DNA of 64,000 nt from a virus (taxonomy: Duplodnaviria > Heunggongvirae > Uroviricota > Caudoviricetes): the IMG/VR virus record IMGVR_UViG_3300009709_000002, positions 32,001 to 96,000 of that record; one strand, given 5' to 3'. The translations under genes were made by a program, and so were the position numbers. The notes beneath the pieces are model-generated. The model did no database searches. It was given only the letters and a program-made list of their open reading frames with translations, and was not told the DNA's origin. Within the stretch, counting starts at the first letter, position 1, and each line of letters begins with the position of its first letter. Positions 18,960 through 27,133 of this stretch are shown here, one piece after another.

Positions 18960-20180
18960 TTACAGCGATCCACCACCAACCATCGTAGCGATGATATCGA
19001 AGTGGTCCTCGAACAGCTGATCACGCATGTTGGCGATCTTGGACAGCGGAATCCACTCGGCCTTCTCAGCGTCATCCGACCCCTTTACTTCCGGCAGTTC
19101 ACCAGTTTCAGGAAGTTGGAACATGTAAGCTACGGTGATCGTACGACCACGCAGTGAACGTTCTGGCAAGTCAAAGATTTCCTTCTTGACGAAGGAGCCT
19201 TTCAGCGCAGCCGGTGATACTTTGAGTCGAGTTTCTTCTTTGGTCTCACGAAGAGCAGCAGCGAACAGACGTTCATTTTGCTCTAAGAAACCGCCAGGCA
19301 GAGCATACAGCCCCTTGCCAGGTTGACCACGACGCTTCACCATCAGGATCTGGCCTGATTGAATGATGACCGAATCAACGGTGACGAAGATCGGAGCATA
19401 TGGTGCAGCTTCCCAAGCTTTCTTGTAACCTTCAATGAAGCGGAACTCAGCTTGCAACGTTGCGTACGTGTTAAGCAGCTTGAAGCTAACAAGGAAATCC
19501 CAAGTCGACGCTGGCAGGAATGACTTCAACAGAAGCTCATACATGACATCATCGATAGGTTTGCCATTGAAGAACCCACCGAAGTAGATTTCACGAACCA
19601 TAGTTGCGCTGAGCGCTTTGCTGATTCGATCATCATGAACGACGAGGTCTTTGACAAGCTTTGGAAAGTACTTCAGGTAGTACGTTGAATCATCACGATC
19701 AGAGCCTGTGAGGAAGCTCTTGATTTCGATTCCAGACAGCCACGGATCGAGGCAAGGTTGCGTTGCGCTTTCCAGGCACTTGACTTCTTGACTTACGTCA
19801 TACACATGCTGATCAATCCCCTTGATCCAAAGATTGTCATTGTACGGTACGTCGATGCCTTGACGGAAAAACAATTTGCGACTTACTTGCGGGCCAAAAG
19901 TATCAACGGCCCACTCTTGAATCATCTGTGTTCGCTCGTTATATGTGAACGGATTCTTGGTGGTGCGTGGTTGATTTGACGAGCCGACGATGATCAGGGC
20001 ATAGTCATACTTCTCGATCATTCGAGAGATAACGTTTGCGTGACCAAGGTGGAAGGGAGAGAAACGACCAATGTAAATGCCAAGAGAAACTTGACGATCA
20101 CCAGGTTTTTGAGTTGTGAGAGAGCCGATACTACCGGCCGAGGATACATCTGCTGCTGCAGTTTTGAAATTCTGGGACAT
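18960..20180 (-). CDS. nadM: Bifunctional NMN adenylyltransferase / Nudix ADP-ribose pyrophosphatase
   Basis: IGRFSPFHLGH, KNPF, SATMVR; Nudix box PGGF..NE....AALRETKEET; RSLRGRTIT, DDA, FEDH. Confidence 0.93.
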   Translation of the reverse strand: MSQNFKTAAADVSSAGSIGSLTTQKPGDRQVSLGIYIGRFSPFHLGHANVISRMIEKYDYALIIVGSSNQPRTTKNPFTYNERTQMIQEWAVDTFGPQVSRKLFFRQGIDVPYNDNLWIKGIDQHVYDVSQEVKCLESATQPCLDPWLSGIEIKSFLTGSDRDDSTYYLKYFPKLVKDLVVHDDRISKALSATMVREIYFGGFFNGKPIDDVMYELLLKSFLPASTWDFLVSFKLLNTYATLQAEFRFIEGYKKAWEAAPYAPIFVTVDSVIIQSGQILMVKRRGQPGKGLYALPGGFLEQNERLFAAALRETKEETRLKVSPAALKGSFVKKEIFDLPERSLRGRTITVAYMFQLPETGELPEVKGSDDAEKAEWIPLSKIANMRDQLFEDHFDIIATMVGGGSL

Positions 20181-20232
20181 AAGAAGACTCTTCTTAAAGA
20201 ACCGGTAACCGTCTATCGGTTACCGTATGTGA

Positions 20233-20265
20233 ATCATATACCGGCTATTTATCGGTGTATATTTT
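20233..20265 (-). promoter_or_regulatory. Putative middle-type promoter of the nadM operon
   Basis: AAAATATA-19 nt-TATGAT. Confidence 0.6.
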
Positions 20266-20277
20266 TCGTTGCTATTT

Positions 20278-21180
20278 TCAAATAGCTTGTGGCATCTCGA
20301 GAAGCAAGCTCTTGGCACCGCCACCAGCTTTCAAGAACTCAGTGAGTCTAACCCGAACAATATTGAGCTCACCAGGCCAAATTTTGTTGAGATATTCTTC
20401 AACATTGACCGAGATGTTGTTCAGCAGGATAGTGTTATCGATGCCAACTGCATTGCAGGCGAGTCGATAAGCGTCTTCCTTAGTTACCCACACCAGAGCT
20501 GTGGAATTTGCAGCTGCAAATTGTTCGATTCTTGAAGCATCTTCTACTGAAAATGCATCCTTGTATGCCATGATGAGCTTACGTCGGAGAGCTAGATCTG
20601 GATGATCGAACTCATGGTAGAAGAAGCACATGTCCAGGTTGAAGAAGTCTGGATTTACGAGACGCAAAGCCAGAATTTTTCGTGCCGAGGCGTCAAGCAC
20701 CTTGTAAACTTCATGTAACCCAGCTTCATTCGTACGCTGCCCATAGCCGATGATCGTGGTCTTACCAGCTTGAATGATATCAGCGTCACCTTCAAAAGCA
20801 ATGTCATTGCGGCGAGGAAGCTCTAACATCGGATAGTCTGGTGCAAGCCGGCGAACAGTCTTCAGGTAGTTTTCTTCTTCTACACCACGCTCTGCTTGAT
20901 GCTTGAAACGAGAGATAATGAAGATTTTCTCATCAGAATCATTCTCGATCGGAAAAAAAGTACCGGCATTTGCTGCAAAAACCATGTCAGGTTGTGACTG
21001 AACTGGTGTCATCAGCTTAGTGGTTGCGCCAGCTTTGTGCAGCTCTTCTCGAAACTGTTGCCACTGCTTGAATGCCAGACCGGTATCGACCAAGCCGATG
21101 TTGTCTGTCATCCAAGGATTGATGTTGTATGTGACGCCAAAGTATTTGGCAGGACACATTAGGAAAATCTTATTCGACAA
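20278..21180 (-). CDS. Amidinotransferase/DDAH-family protein with substituted catalytic residues
   Basis: MCP..F.V.Y.INPWM, PDMVFAAN, FEGDAD, FNLDMCF, EFLKAGGGAKSL. Confidence 0.8.
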   Translation of the reverse strand: MSNKIFLMCPAKYFGVTYNINPWMTDNIGLVDTGLAFKQWQQFREELHKAGATTKLMTPVQSQPDMVFAANAGTFFPIENDSDEKIFIISRFKHQAERGVEEENYLKTVRRLAPDYPMLELPRRNDIAFEGDADIIQAGKTTIIGYGQRTNEAGLHEVYKVLDASARKILALRLVNPDFFNLDMCFFYHEFDHPDLALRRKLIMAYKDAFSVEDASRIEQFAAANSTALVWVTKEDAYRLACNAVGIDNTILLNNISVNVEEYLNKIWPGELNIVRVRLTEFLKAGGGAKSLLLEMPQAI

Positions 21181-21442
21181 GTTTGTACTCTTCAGTGATG
21201 ATGAACAGGACGGCGCTGTTCGCTAGCAGCTCTTTCGACAAGAAGCTTTCAGCCTTGCCGTCCGATGCTGTTGGTTCTGGCGTATGCAGCACGATCCAAT
21301 CCTTGCTACGAAGCGATACTTGCGTACGATCACGAAGAGATACAGCTTCTTCATATGACGGAATAGGGGCTGAATTCAAGTTGCCTGTGAGTTGGCCAAC
21401 AGGTGTCGCAACAATAGCTTTGAGATGGTAAATTTTAGACAT
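21170..21442 (-). CDS. Hypothetical protein
   Basis: 90 aa in a tight operon. Confidence 0.5.
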   Translation of the reverse strand: MSKIYHLKAIVATPVGQLTGNLNSAPIPSYEEAVSLRDRTQVSLRSKDWIVLHTPEPTASDGKAESFLSKELLANSAVLFIITEEYKLVE

Positions 21443-21446
21443 GTAT

Positions 21447-21902
21447 TTATTTGCCTGCTAGAGGCACCACAGAGATGGAGTTCTTTGGTGAACCATCAAC
21501 GAGCTTGTCGGTGTATGACAGGTAGACAACGACATTGCGCTGTTGGTCAAAGAAGCGGGTGATATGCATCTTCTTGAAGAGCGGAGAACGAGATTGAACA
21601 AATACGTCTTCGCCGTTGACGAAAGACTGAGTAACGCGGGCTTGACCGTTTCCAACTGCACGACATGCGATAGAAGCTTCAGATGGATCTTCAGCTAGAC
21701 CTACTGCTCCGCTGAGTCCGCCGGCTTGAGCATTGCTGAGATAGCAGGTGACGTTAGCGACCTTCGGGTCATCGAACGCTTCAACTACGATCTTGTCGGA
21801 TCCGAAGACGTGAAATGCCGAATTGACAGACCCGATGACTTGCTGGCCAAATGATGCTGCACTGAAAAAGCCTAGCGCTGCAACCAGGAGAAACTTCTTC
21901 AT
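21447..21902 (-). CDS. creA: CreA family periplasmic protein
   Basis: Signal peptide; IVVEAFDDPKV..VTCYLS, GLAEDPSEASIACR, DGSPKNSISVVP. Confidence 0.9.
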   Translation of the reverse strand: MKKFLLVAALGFFSAASFGQQVIGSVNSAFHVFGSDKIVVEAFDDPKVANVTCYLSNAQAGGLSGAVGLAEDPSEASIACRAVGNGQARVTQSFVNGEDVFVQSRSPLFKKMHITRFFDQQRNVVVYLSYTDKLVDGSPKNSISVVPLAGK

Positions 21903-22001
21903 TTTGAATCCTTTGTTGGTTTATGGTGAGGCCATTATAATTCGCCAACGCAGGTGTGTAAAATTAAAGGTGCTTAAAAGCACCTTTAATGAGCAATGAT
22001 C

Positions 22002-22307
22002 TTACAGCTTGTTTATTCGATCGTAGACATCATCTAATCTTTTGTCTACCTGCTCAGTATATTCTTTCATAAGATTCAGCTTCTCTTGGTGCATGGTCGC
22101 AAGTTCCTCAATTGATTTCGACGCATACACACGTGGCAAATCTTCTTTAGTGTCTTCTTTGCCGGTCATGATGTTCAGCTTTTTCTGAACGATGCTCGCA
22201 AGCAAAATGTAAATGATAGTTGGTGTGCTTGATGACAATACAACTGACACGAAAAGCACAGCAAAGAGGCCGATGACAAGCATCGAAAACTTTCCTTTTT
22301 GAGCCAT
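22002..22307 (-). CDS. Membrane protein with C-terminal coiled coil
   Basis: Hydrophobic N-terminus; GAGG RBS; late motif at 22413-22420. Confidence 0.55.
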   Translation of the reverse strand: MAQKGKFSMLVIGLFAVLFVSVVLSSSTPTIIYILLASIVQKKLNIMTGKEDTKEDLPRVYASKSIEELATMHQEKLNLMKEYTEQVDKRLDDVYDRINKL

Positions 22308-22415
22308 AATACACCTCATCAGAGATGAGTAGACAACAAAAGTCCACTCACAAAACGATCTTTATTATACTTCTAGGTTTTCGTTTTGCGGTGGACTTTA
22401 GTCTGTAGAGACTAT

Positions 22416-23033
22416 TTATGCAACGGGATACATTTTATTACATTCATTCAACCAAAATATCGCGAACTCCAACAAACTACCGTGCGATGAATCTGGCTTG
22501 ATGTGGCTGTCCTTGCTTGGGCAATCAAATCGACCATAGTTGATGAACGCGCAGTGAACGCTGACGTCGAGACCTTCAAAATTATCAACAAGATCATCGA
22601 CGAGCGCGGCGGGCTTCAGCTGGTCAATCACTGGAAGTTTCGGATTACTTTCGCCTTTCACTCGCTTTACAGCGTGAACTTCATTGATCGGCAGAGAATG
22701 TAACTGGCAGTTACGATGACGAGCTAACCCGAAGCGGTGATCCATCGAGCTGACGATTGTGAGATTGAACCCGGCGTCTACAAGCAGACCGCAGGCTTCA
22801 ACTACGCCATCAAAGAGCGGCATGGTCGCCCAAACTTCTTCAGTGAAATTCTTGAAGAACCACTCCTTCTGCTCTTCATTCTTCCACTCGATACCGTACG
22901 CAGTGGTTGCATGATACGCGTCTGGGCGAACCATCTCCAGCTTCTCGCCGAACGCGGCTTCCCAAACGATTGGGAACGCTTTGCGATAGTCAAAAATTAC
23001 TCCGTCGCCGTCCAAGGCGATAGTGTTACTCAT
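22416..23033 (-). CDS. HAD-superfamily 5'(3')-deoxyribonucleotidase-like phosphatase
   Basis: IALDGDGV, IVSS, K...LVDD. Confidence 0.75.
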   Translation of the reverse strand: MSNTIALDGDGVIFDYRKAFPIVWEAAFGEKLEMVRPDAYHATTAYGIEWKNEEQKEWFFKNFTEEVWATMPLFDGVVEACGLLVDAGFNLTIVSSMDHRFGLARHRNCQLHSLPINEVHAVKRVKGESNPKLPVIDQLKPAALVDDLVDNFEGLDVSVHCAFINYGRFDCPSKDSHIKPDSSHGSLLEFAIFWLNECNKMYPVA

Positions 23034-23046
23034 GGTAGATTCCTCT

Positions 23047-23397
23047 TTAGATTACTGTGCTGTGATTGAAAGGCTTTGACAGGCGAAGCACATTGCCGTC
23101 ACGATAGGTGACTTTATGTTCGCCATGAAGGTTTCTGATCTGGCTCAATGCTTCGGTAAGATTGCTAGTCTTCGTCATCTTGTAGGATGAGAATCCTTCG
23201 AGCAGCACGCAGAGATCTTCATCGCTGATCGAGTACGCTCTATCAGGAACTTCAGGGTAGATCTGCATGACGATCGGTTCGCGAGTTACTTCAACCTTCA
23301 GCCGCTTAGCTGCATCTTCTACCGACACATAAGCGGCGCCGATATTAACGCTCATGATGTGCACGAGGTCCCGTCCATCCATGTGAATTTTGGTCAT
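23047..23397 (-). CDS. Hypothetical protein
   Basis: 116 aa; ATGA overlap with the upstream gene. Confidence 0.55.
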   Translation of the reverse strand: MTKIHMDGRDLVHIMSVNIGAAYVSVEDAAKRLKVEVTREPIVMQIYPEVPDRAYSISDEDLCVLLEGFSSYKMTKTSNLTEALSQIRNLHGEHKVTYRDGNVLRLSKPFNHSTVI

Positions 23398-23879
23398 TTC
23401 ATCACCTTCAAGAATTGTTCTTCTTTAACATCATGGTGAAGCATCGGAAATTGGTTCGTCCAATCATCAAGCACTCCGTAGGTTCCTTTCTTCATCACGT
23501 AACCCATGACAAAGTCTGTTTGCATCGGAATGCCGAAGTAGCTAAACGCTTCAGGATCAAGCACCGTAGGGTCAACAACCGTGCAGTCAGCAGTGATGCA
23601 CCAGGCATGATTGATCGGGATAATGTCGCGGTAGAAATAACCTTCGACGTAGGTGAGCTCAGGGTTTGCCACCGCGAGCAGAATTGCATTCTTGAAGCAT
23701 TCTTTCGGAGTGCGAAATGGAGTGATAAAGCGTTCATCGTACGGCGCTGCTTTGCACTCCATTCCAAGCTTCAGCGTAAATTCTTCTACGCTGTTGTACT
23801 TGAGCTCTGCTCTCATATTTTGATGAGCGAGCAAGCTGGAAATAGCGCCGAGATGTTCTTTGATTGCTTCGATACTCAT
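23394..23879 (-). CDS. Hypothetical protein with transglutaminase-like Cys-His-Asp pattern
   Basis: ECFKNA, YVEGY, HAW, VDPT. Confidence 0.6.
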   Translation of the reverse strand: MSIEAIKEHLGAISSLLAHQNMRAELKYNSVEEFTLKLGMECKAAPYDERFITPFRTPKECFKNAILLAVANPELTYVEGYFYRDIIPINHAWCITADCTVVDPTVLDPEAFSYFGIPMQTDFVMGYVMKKGTYGVLDDWTNQFPMLHHDVKEEQFLKVMK

Positions 23880-24035
23880 GACAGTGCAACCTCACGGAAG
23901 ATAAAATCACCGACCATCTTGCAGTTACATTTGAAGGTGGACATCTCTACCTCTAAGTGTTCATCCATTAGAGATATTATACATCAAAAGCTCACAAAAG
24001 TAAACACTTTTGTGAGCTCCGTGGGTTAAACTGGC

Positions 24036-24599
24036 TTATTTTGAATAAGCGTTGAGCACTTCTTGAAGGATGTCTTCTTTAGGACGATAACCACCATCCT
24101 TGGCAGCGACGTCGATCAAGATTTTGTTTGTGAACATCGACTTGTCGAAGGCTGCGATAAAGTCAGCCTGTTCTTCTTCTTTCTTAGAAAAGTCGAATGA
24201 CATTCCATCGTCTTGAATGAAGCCGAAGTTAGACGTGGTGAGAAGTACCAGCAGAGATTGCTCACGATAATGTGACGTAGTCTTTGCAAAAAGCTCCTCG
24301 AGGTGGAACACGTAGCTGCCATCATAACCTCTATATCGCGGTGCATACACAACTTCACCGAGATGTGCACGGTTGAGAATTACTCGATCATTTCCATTGA
24401 GAATGTTGAACATCGTATGAAATGACATTTCTTGGTAGTGACGGAGAGGATCCGTGAACCCAGCGTACACATCCAACTTCAGCGGTTTCTGATAGTGGAG
24501 CGTCAAGAAATATCCCAACTTTTGCTGGATTCCATCGATGAGAGAATCCTTACCAAGTCGATCAACACCCTCAATAACGATGTGCTTAATCTGTCCCAT
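24036..24599 (-). CDS. Thymidylate-kinase-like nucleotide kinase
   Basis: IVIEGVDRLGKD, LNRAHLGEVVYAP.YRGY. Confidence 0.75.
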   Translation of the reverse strand: MGQIKHIVIEGVDRLGKDSLIDGIQQKLGYFLTLHYQKPLKLDVYAGFTDPLRHYQEMSFHTMFNILNGNDRVILNRAHLGEVVYAPRYRGYDGSYVFHLEELFAKTTSHYREQSLLVLLTTSNFGFIQDDGMSFDFSKKEEEQADFIAAFDKSMFTNKILIDVAAKDGGYRPKEDILQEVLNAYSK

Positions 24600-24762
24600 T
24601 GATTACCTTCGTGACTTCAGTGATAGAAACGGTGTCACCACCTACAAACACTCGGCCTGCGCTGGTGGTGACAACTGATTTGAACAGCGTCGACAGCAGC
24701 TTAAGCTGAGCGGCCGTAACATCTTCATTCAACTCGATAAAAGATACTTTACGATCGCTCAT
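24586..24762 (-). CDS. 58-aa hypothetical protein (not in ORF track)
   Basis: MSDRKVSFIELNED...KVINGTD fills the operon gap. Confidence 0.5.
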   Translation of the reverse strand: MSDRKVSFIELNEDVTAAQLKLLSTLFKSVVTTSAGRVFVGGDTVSITEVTKVINGTD

Positions 24763-24767
24763 GGTGC

Positions 24768-25097
24768 TTAGCTCAATGCAATTTTGGTGGGAGTCTTGAC
24801 GACCTTAATGCCGCCAGTTTGTTCGAGGTAGCTCGATTCAATTTCTGAACGCGGCATGAACAAAGCTAGGCCATGAAGGTTCATGTTAATCTCTACTTCT
24901 ACGTCTGCGTTCGAGACGATCCACGGCATGAGAGCTGGTGCGAATTGGCCGCTACCAACTTGCTGTACTACGACCTGACGAATTTGCTTCAGGGTGATAG
25001 TGGAGACACCTTGATCGAGGCTGTCATCGAGTTTTTCGACGTGACGGCCGATGATTTCATCGCCATTGGCGAGCTTGATACAGAGAACTTGCGACAT
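24768..25097 (-). CDS. Conserved T4-like phage small (Sm-like) protein
   Basis: IKLANGDEIIG, LMPW, Y...TGGI. Confidence 0.6.
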   Translation of the reverse strand: MSQVLCIKLANGDEIIGRHVEKLDDSLDQGVSTITLKQIRQVVVQQVGSGQFAPALMPWIVSNADVEVEINMNLHGLALFMPRSEIESSYLEQTGGIKVVKTPTKIALS

Positions 25098-25100
25098 TGT

Positions 25101-26036
25101 TTATACCGGTGAGAGGAGCCATGACGAGAAGTCATAGTTATTGCTGATTTTCTTTGAACCTTGCATGATCATGTGGGCGAATCGTTCCGAGAAGAAACTG
25201 CCACCAAAGTTCGTTGCTTCATGCGAGTGGATTGCGTGCGGATGAGCTGCAAAGCGAATGTCATTGATCAGGTGCTTTACTTCATCTTCATTCTTGATCT
25301 GAGGACATTCAACATCGATGTACTTGTCATTACCGCTGGCGATAGCTTCAAGAACTTCGAAGTGACGTTCATACACGTGGAATGAATCGGCGACGTGGTG
25401 ATAGTTGCCAAGCTCCAGCTCAGGATAAGTATCCTTCAGTGAAGCGTAAACCATCTCTTGCACGAAGGAGAAGGTCGGTGCATCATTACCCATACCGAAT
25501 ACACCGTCTTGGCTGCGCATGTGAACCGATAGGTTGAGGCGGTCATTGCGAATCCGGAAGTTCATGGAATAAGTGCACGGTACATCCTTGGTGTTGCTAA
25601 GCAGGTGACGACCTTGCAAGATGGCGATCGATGCACGACGAGTATCCTTGTCGCTCTTCAGCGCCTCAACTGCACGATCAAACTGCGAGCCTGCGATCGT
25701 ACCACCAAGTCCATTCTTACCGAAGATGTACTGACCATAGTTGGAATTGATCGTTCCATCACTATTGATCAATGATTCCCACATCTTGGCGTGCTTGGTG
25801 ATCGATGTGTCATGCGCATCGGCATGAAGATACCACAGAAACTCTTCCTTGATGTAAGGGAGCTTCAGCTTACGACTTTCAAAGTTTTGAAATCGCACAT
25901 ACGGCGGAAGCTCATATGTGTAATTTTCAATTTCAATGACTTTTTGACCACGAGGACTGCAGAACTTACCTTTTGCTTTTACATCGCGAAAGATTTGCTC
26001 AAACGCTTCCTTTGATAGTTGTGCAACAGTTGACAT
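25101..26036 (-). CDS. Thymidylate-synthase-fold enzyme, dCMP hydroxymethylase (T4 gp42)-like
   Basis: INSNYG, DTRRA, DVPCT, MRSQDGVFGMGND (Asp as in gp42), SFHVYERHF. Confidence 0.75.
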   Translation of the reverse strand: MSTVAQLSKEAFEQIFRDVKAKGKFCSPRGQKVIEIENYTYELPPYVRFQNFESRKLKLPYIKEEFLWYLHADAHDTSITKHAKMWESLINSDGTINSNYGQYIFGKNGLGGTIAGSQFDRAVEALKSDKDTRRASIAILQGRHLLSNTKDVPCTYSMNFRIRNDRLNLSVHMRSQDGVFGMGNDAPTFSFVQEMVYASLKDTYPELELGNYHHVADSFHVYERHFEVLEAIASGNDKYIDVECPQIKNEDEVKHLINDIRFAAHPHAIHSHEATNFGGSFFSERFAHMIMQGSKKISNNYDFSSWLLSPV

Positions 26037-26059
26037 TAAGGGAATGCTCCTAAGAACTT

Positions 26060-27133
26060 TTATTCTAATCCAGCTTTATAGAATGTGACATTATTTTTCA
26101 ACCTTTCATCATTTGGCTCAAATTCGAGAGCTTTAAGCCCAGCATCCAAAGCCACCTGCTTCAGGCCAAGATTATGCGCTGCTAGAGCTTTAAGGTCCCA
26201 CGGTTCTGATCCCCAAGCAAATGGTTCACAGATGTATGACGCAGGCCGAATCGTGATGTCGGTTGCCTTGGTAGCTGCAAAATACACACCAACCCAATCT
26301 TTCTGGTGGTAGTAATATCTAGCCAGCTCAACCCAACCTTCACGATCAAATTGTGCCTCTGCTGTAGCTCGTAATGCCCAAGCTACCGCTTCGATGTGAT
26401 CCCCTTTCGTGTTGTAGCACCGAGCAATAAAGCGCATACTCGCGGCCCTTTCCGAGGTCCAGGTAGAGCTTTTGAGCGATAGGTGTCTCTTAAGCTCTTC
26501 GATAGCTTTATCAGGTTGCCCGTAGAACATGTATTCGCGGCCAAGGTAGTGCGAATTGCGGTCATTTTCAGGATCCTCTTTGACAGAAAGTTCAAGCAGC
26601 GGAAGATAAGAACCACGTGACTTCGTGTGGTCTGGAAAGTGCTTCAACGTAAATTTGTCACAGAAGCTTTGAACTTCAGGACGGCCATAGATCGCCAACA
26701 CTTCATGAACAGGATTCACCCAACGATAACCGAAGCGTGAGTGAATCTTGTCATACCAGAATGAAACACCTGGGGTGTCATCTGGATTAACGCTCCACCA
26801 GTACTGGTAGCGAAGCCGAGTTGTGTTAGCTGTCCAAGCCTTCTCAACTTCCGCACGCCACCCTGGTGTAAGCACTTCATCCAAGTCAATACAGACACAA
26901 ATCTCTGTATCAGACGGAACGAAATTTAGAGATGCATTTCGGGCGTCATCAAAACGCCAAGGATCGACCTTGATCTCATGGACGGTAGCTCCTAGTGATC
27001 TAAGCTTGGCTACCGTGCCATCTGTAGAGCCGGTGTCGGCAACGATAACTTCGTCTGCTTCCTTGGCTGAGTTGTAGAAGCGTTCACAGAACGCTTCTTC
27101 ATTTTTGCTGATTGTGTAAAGTACAACTTTCAT
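26060..27133 (-). CDS. GT2 glycosyltransferase with TPR repeats
   Basis: ISKNEE, DTGSTDGT, WRFDDARN, IDLDE, W..PVHE; C-terminal TPRs. Confidence 0.88.
   Translation of the reverse strand: MKVVLYTISKNEEAFCERFYNSAKEADEVIVADTGSTDGTVAKLRSLGATVHEIKVDPWRFDDARNASLNFVPSDTEICVCIDLDEVLTPGWRAEVEKAWTANTTRLRYQYWWSVNPDDTPGVSFWYDKIHSRFGYRWVNPVHEVLAIYGRPEVQSFCDKFTLKHFPDHTKSRGSYLPLLELSVKEDPENDRNSHYLGREYMFYGQPDKAIEELKRHLSLKSSTWTSERAASMRFIARCYNTKGDHIEAVAWALRATAEAQFDREGWVELARYYYHQKDWVGVYFAATKATDITIRPASYICEPFAWGSEPWDLKALAAHNLGLKQVALDAGLKALEFEPNDERLKNNVTFYKAGLE

Noticed and set aside
25101-26036. Ordinary thymidylate synthase ThyA
   Set aside because: Lacks the G.PFN motif and has the gp42-type G..ND instead.
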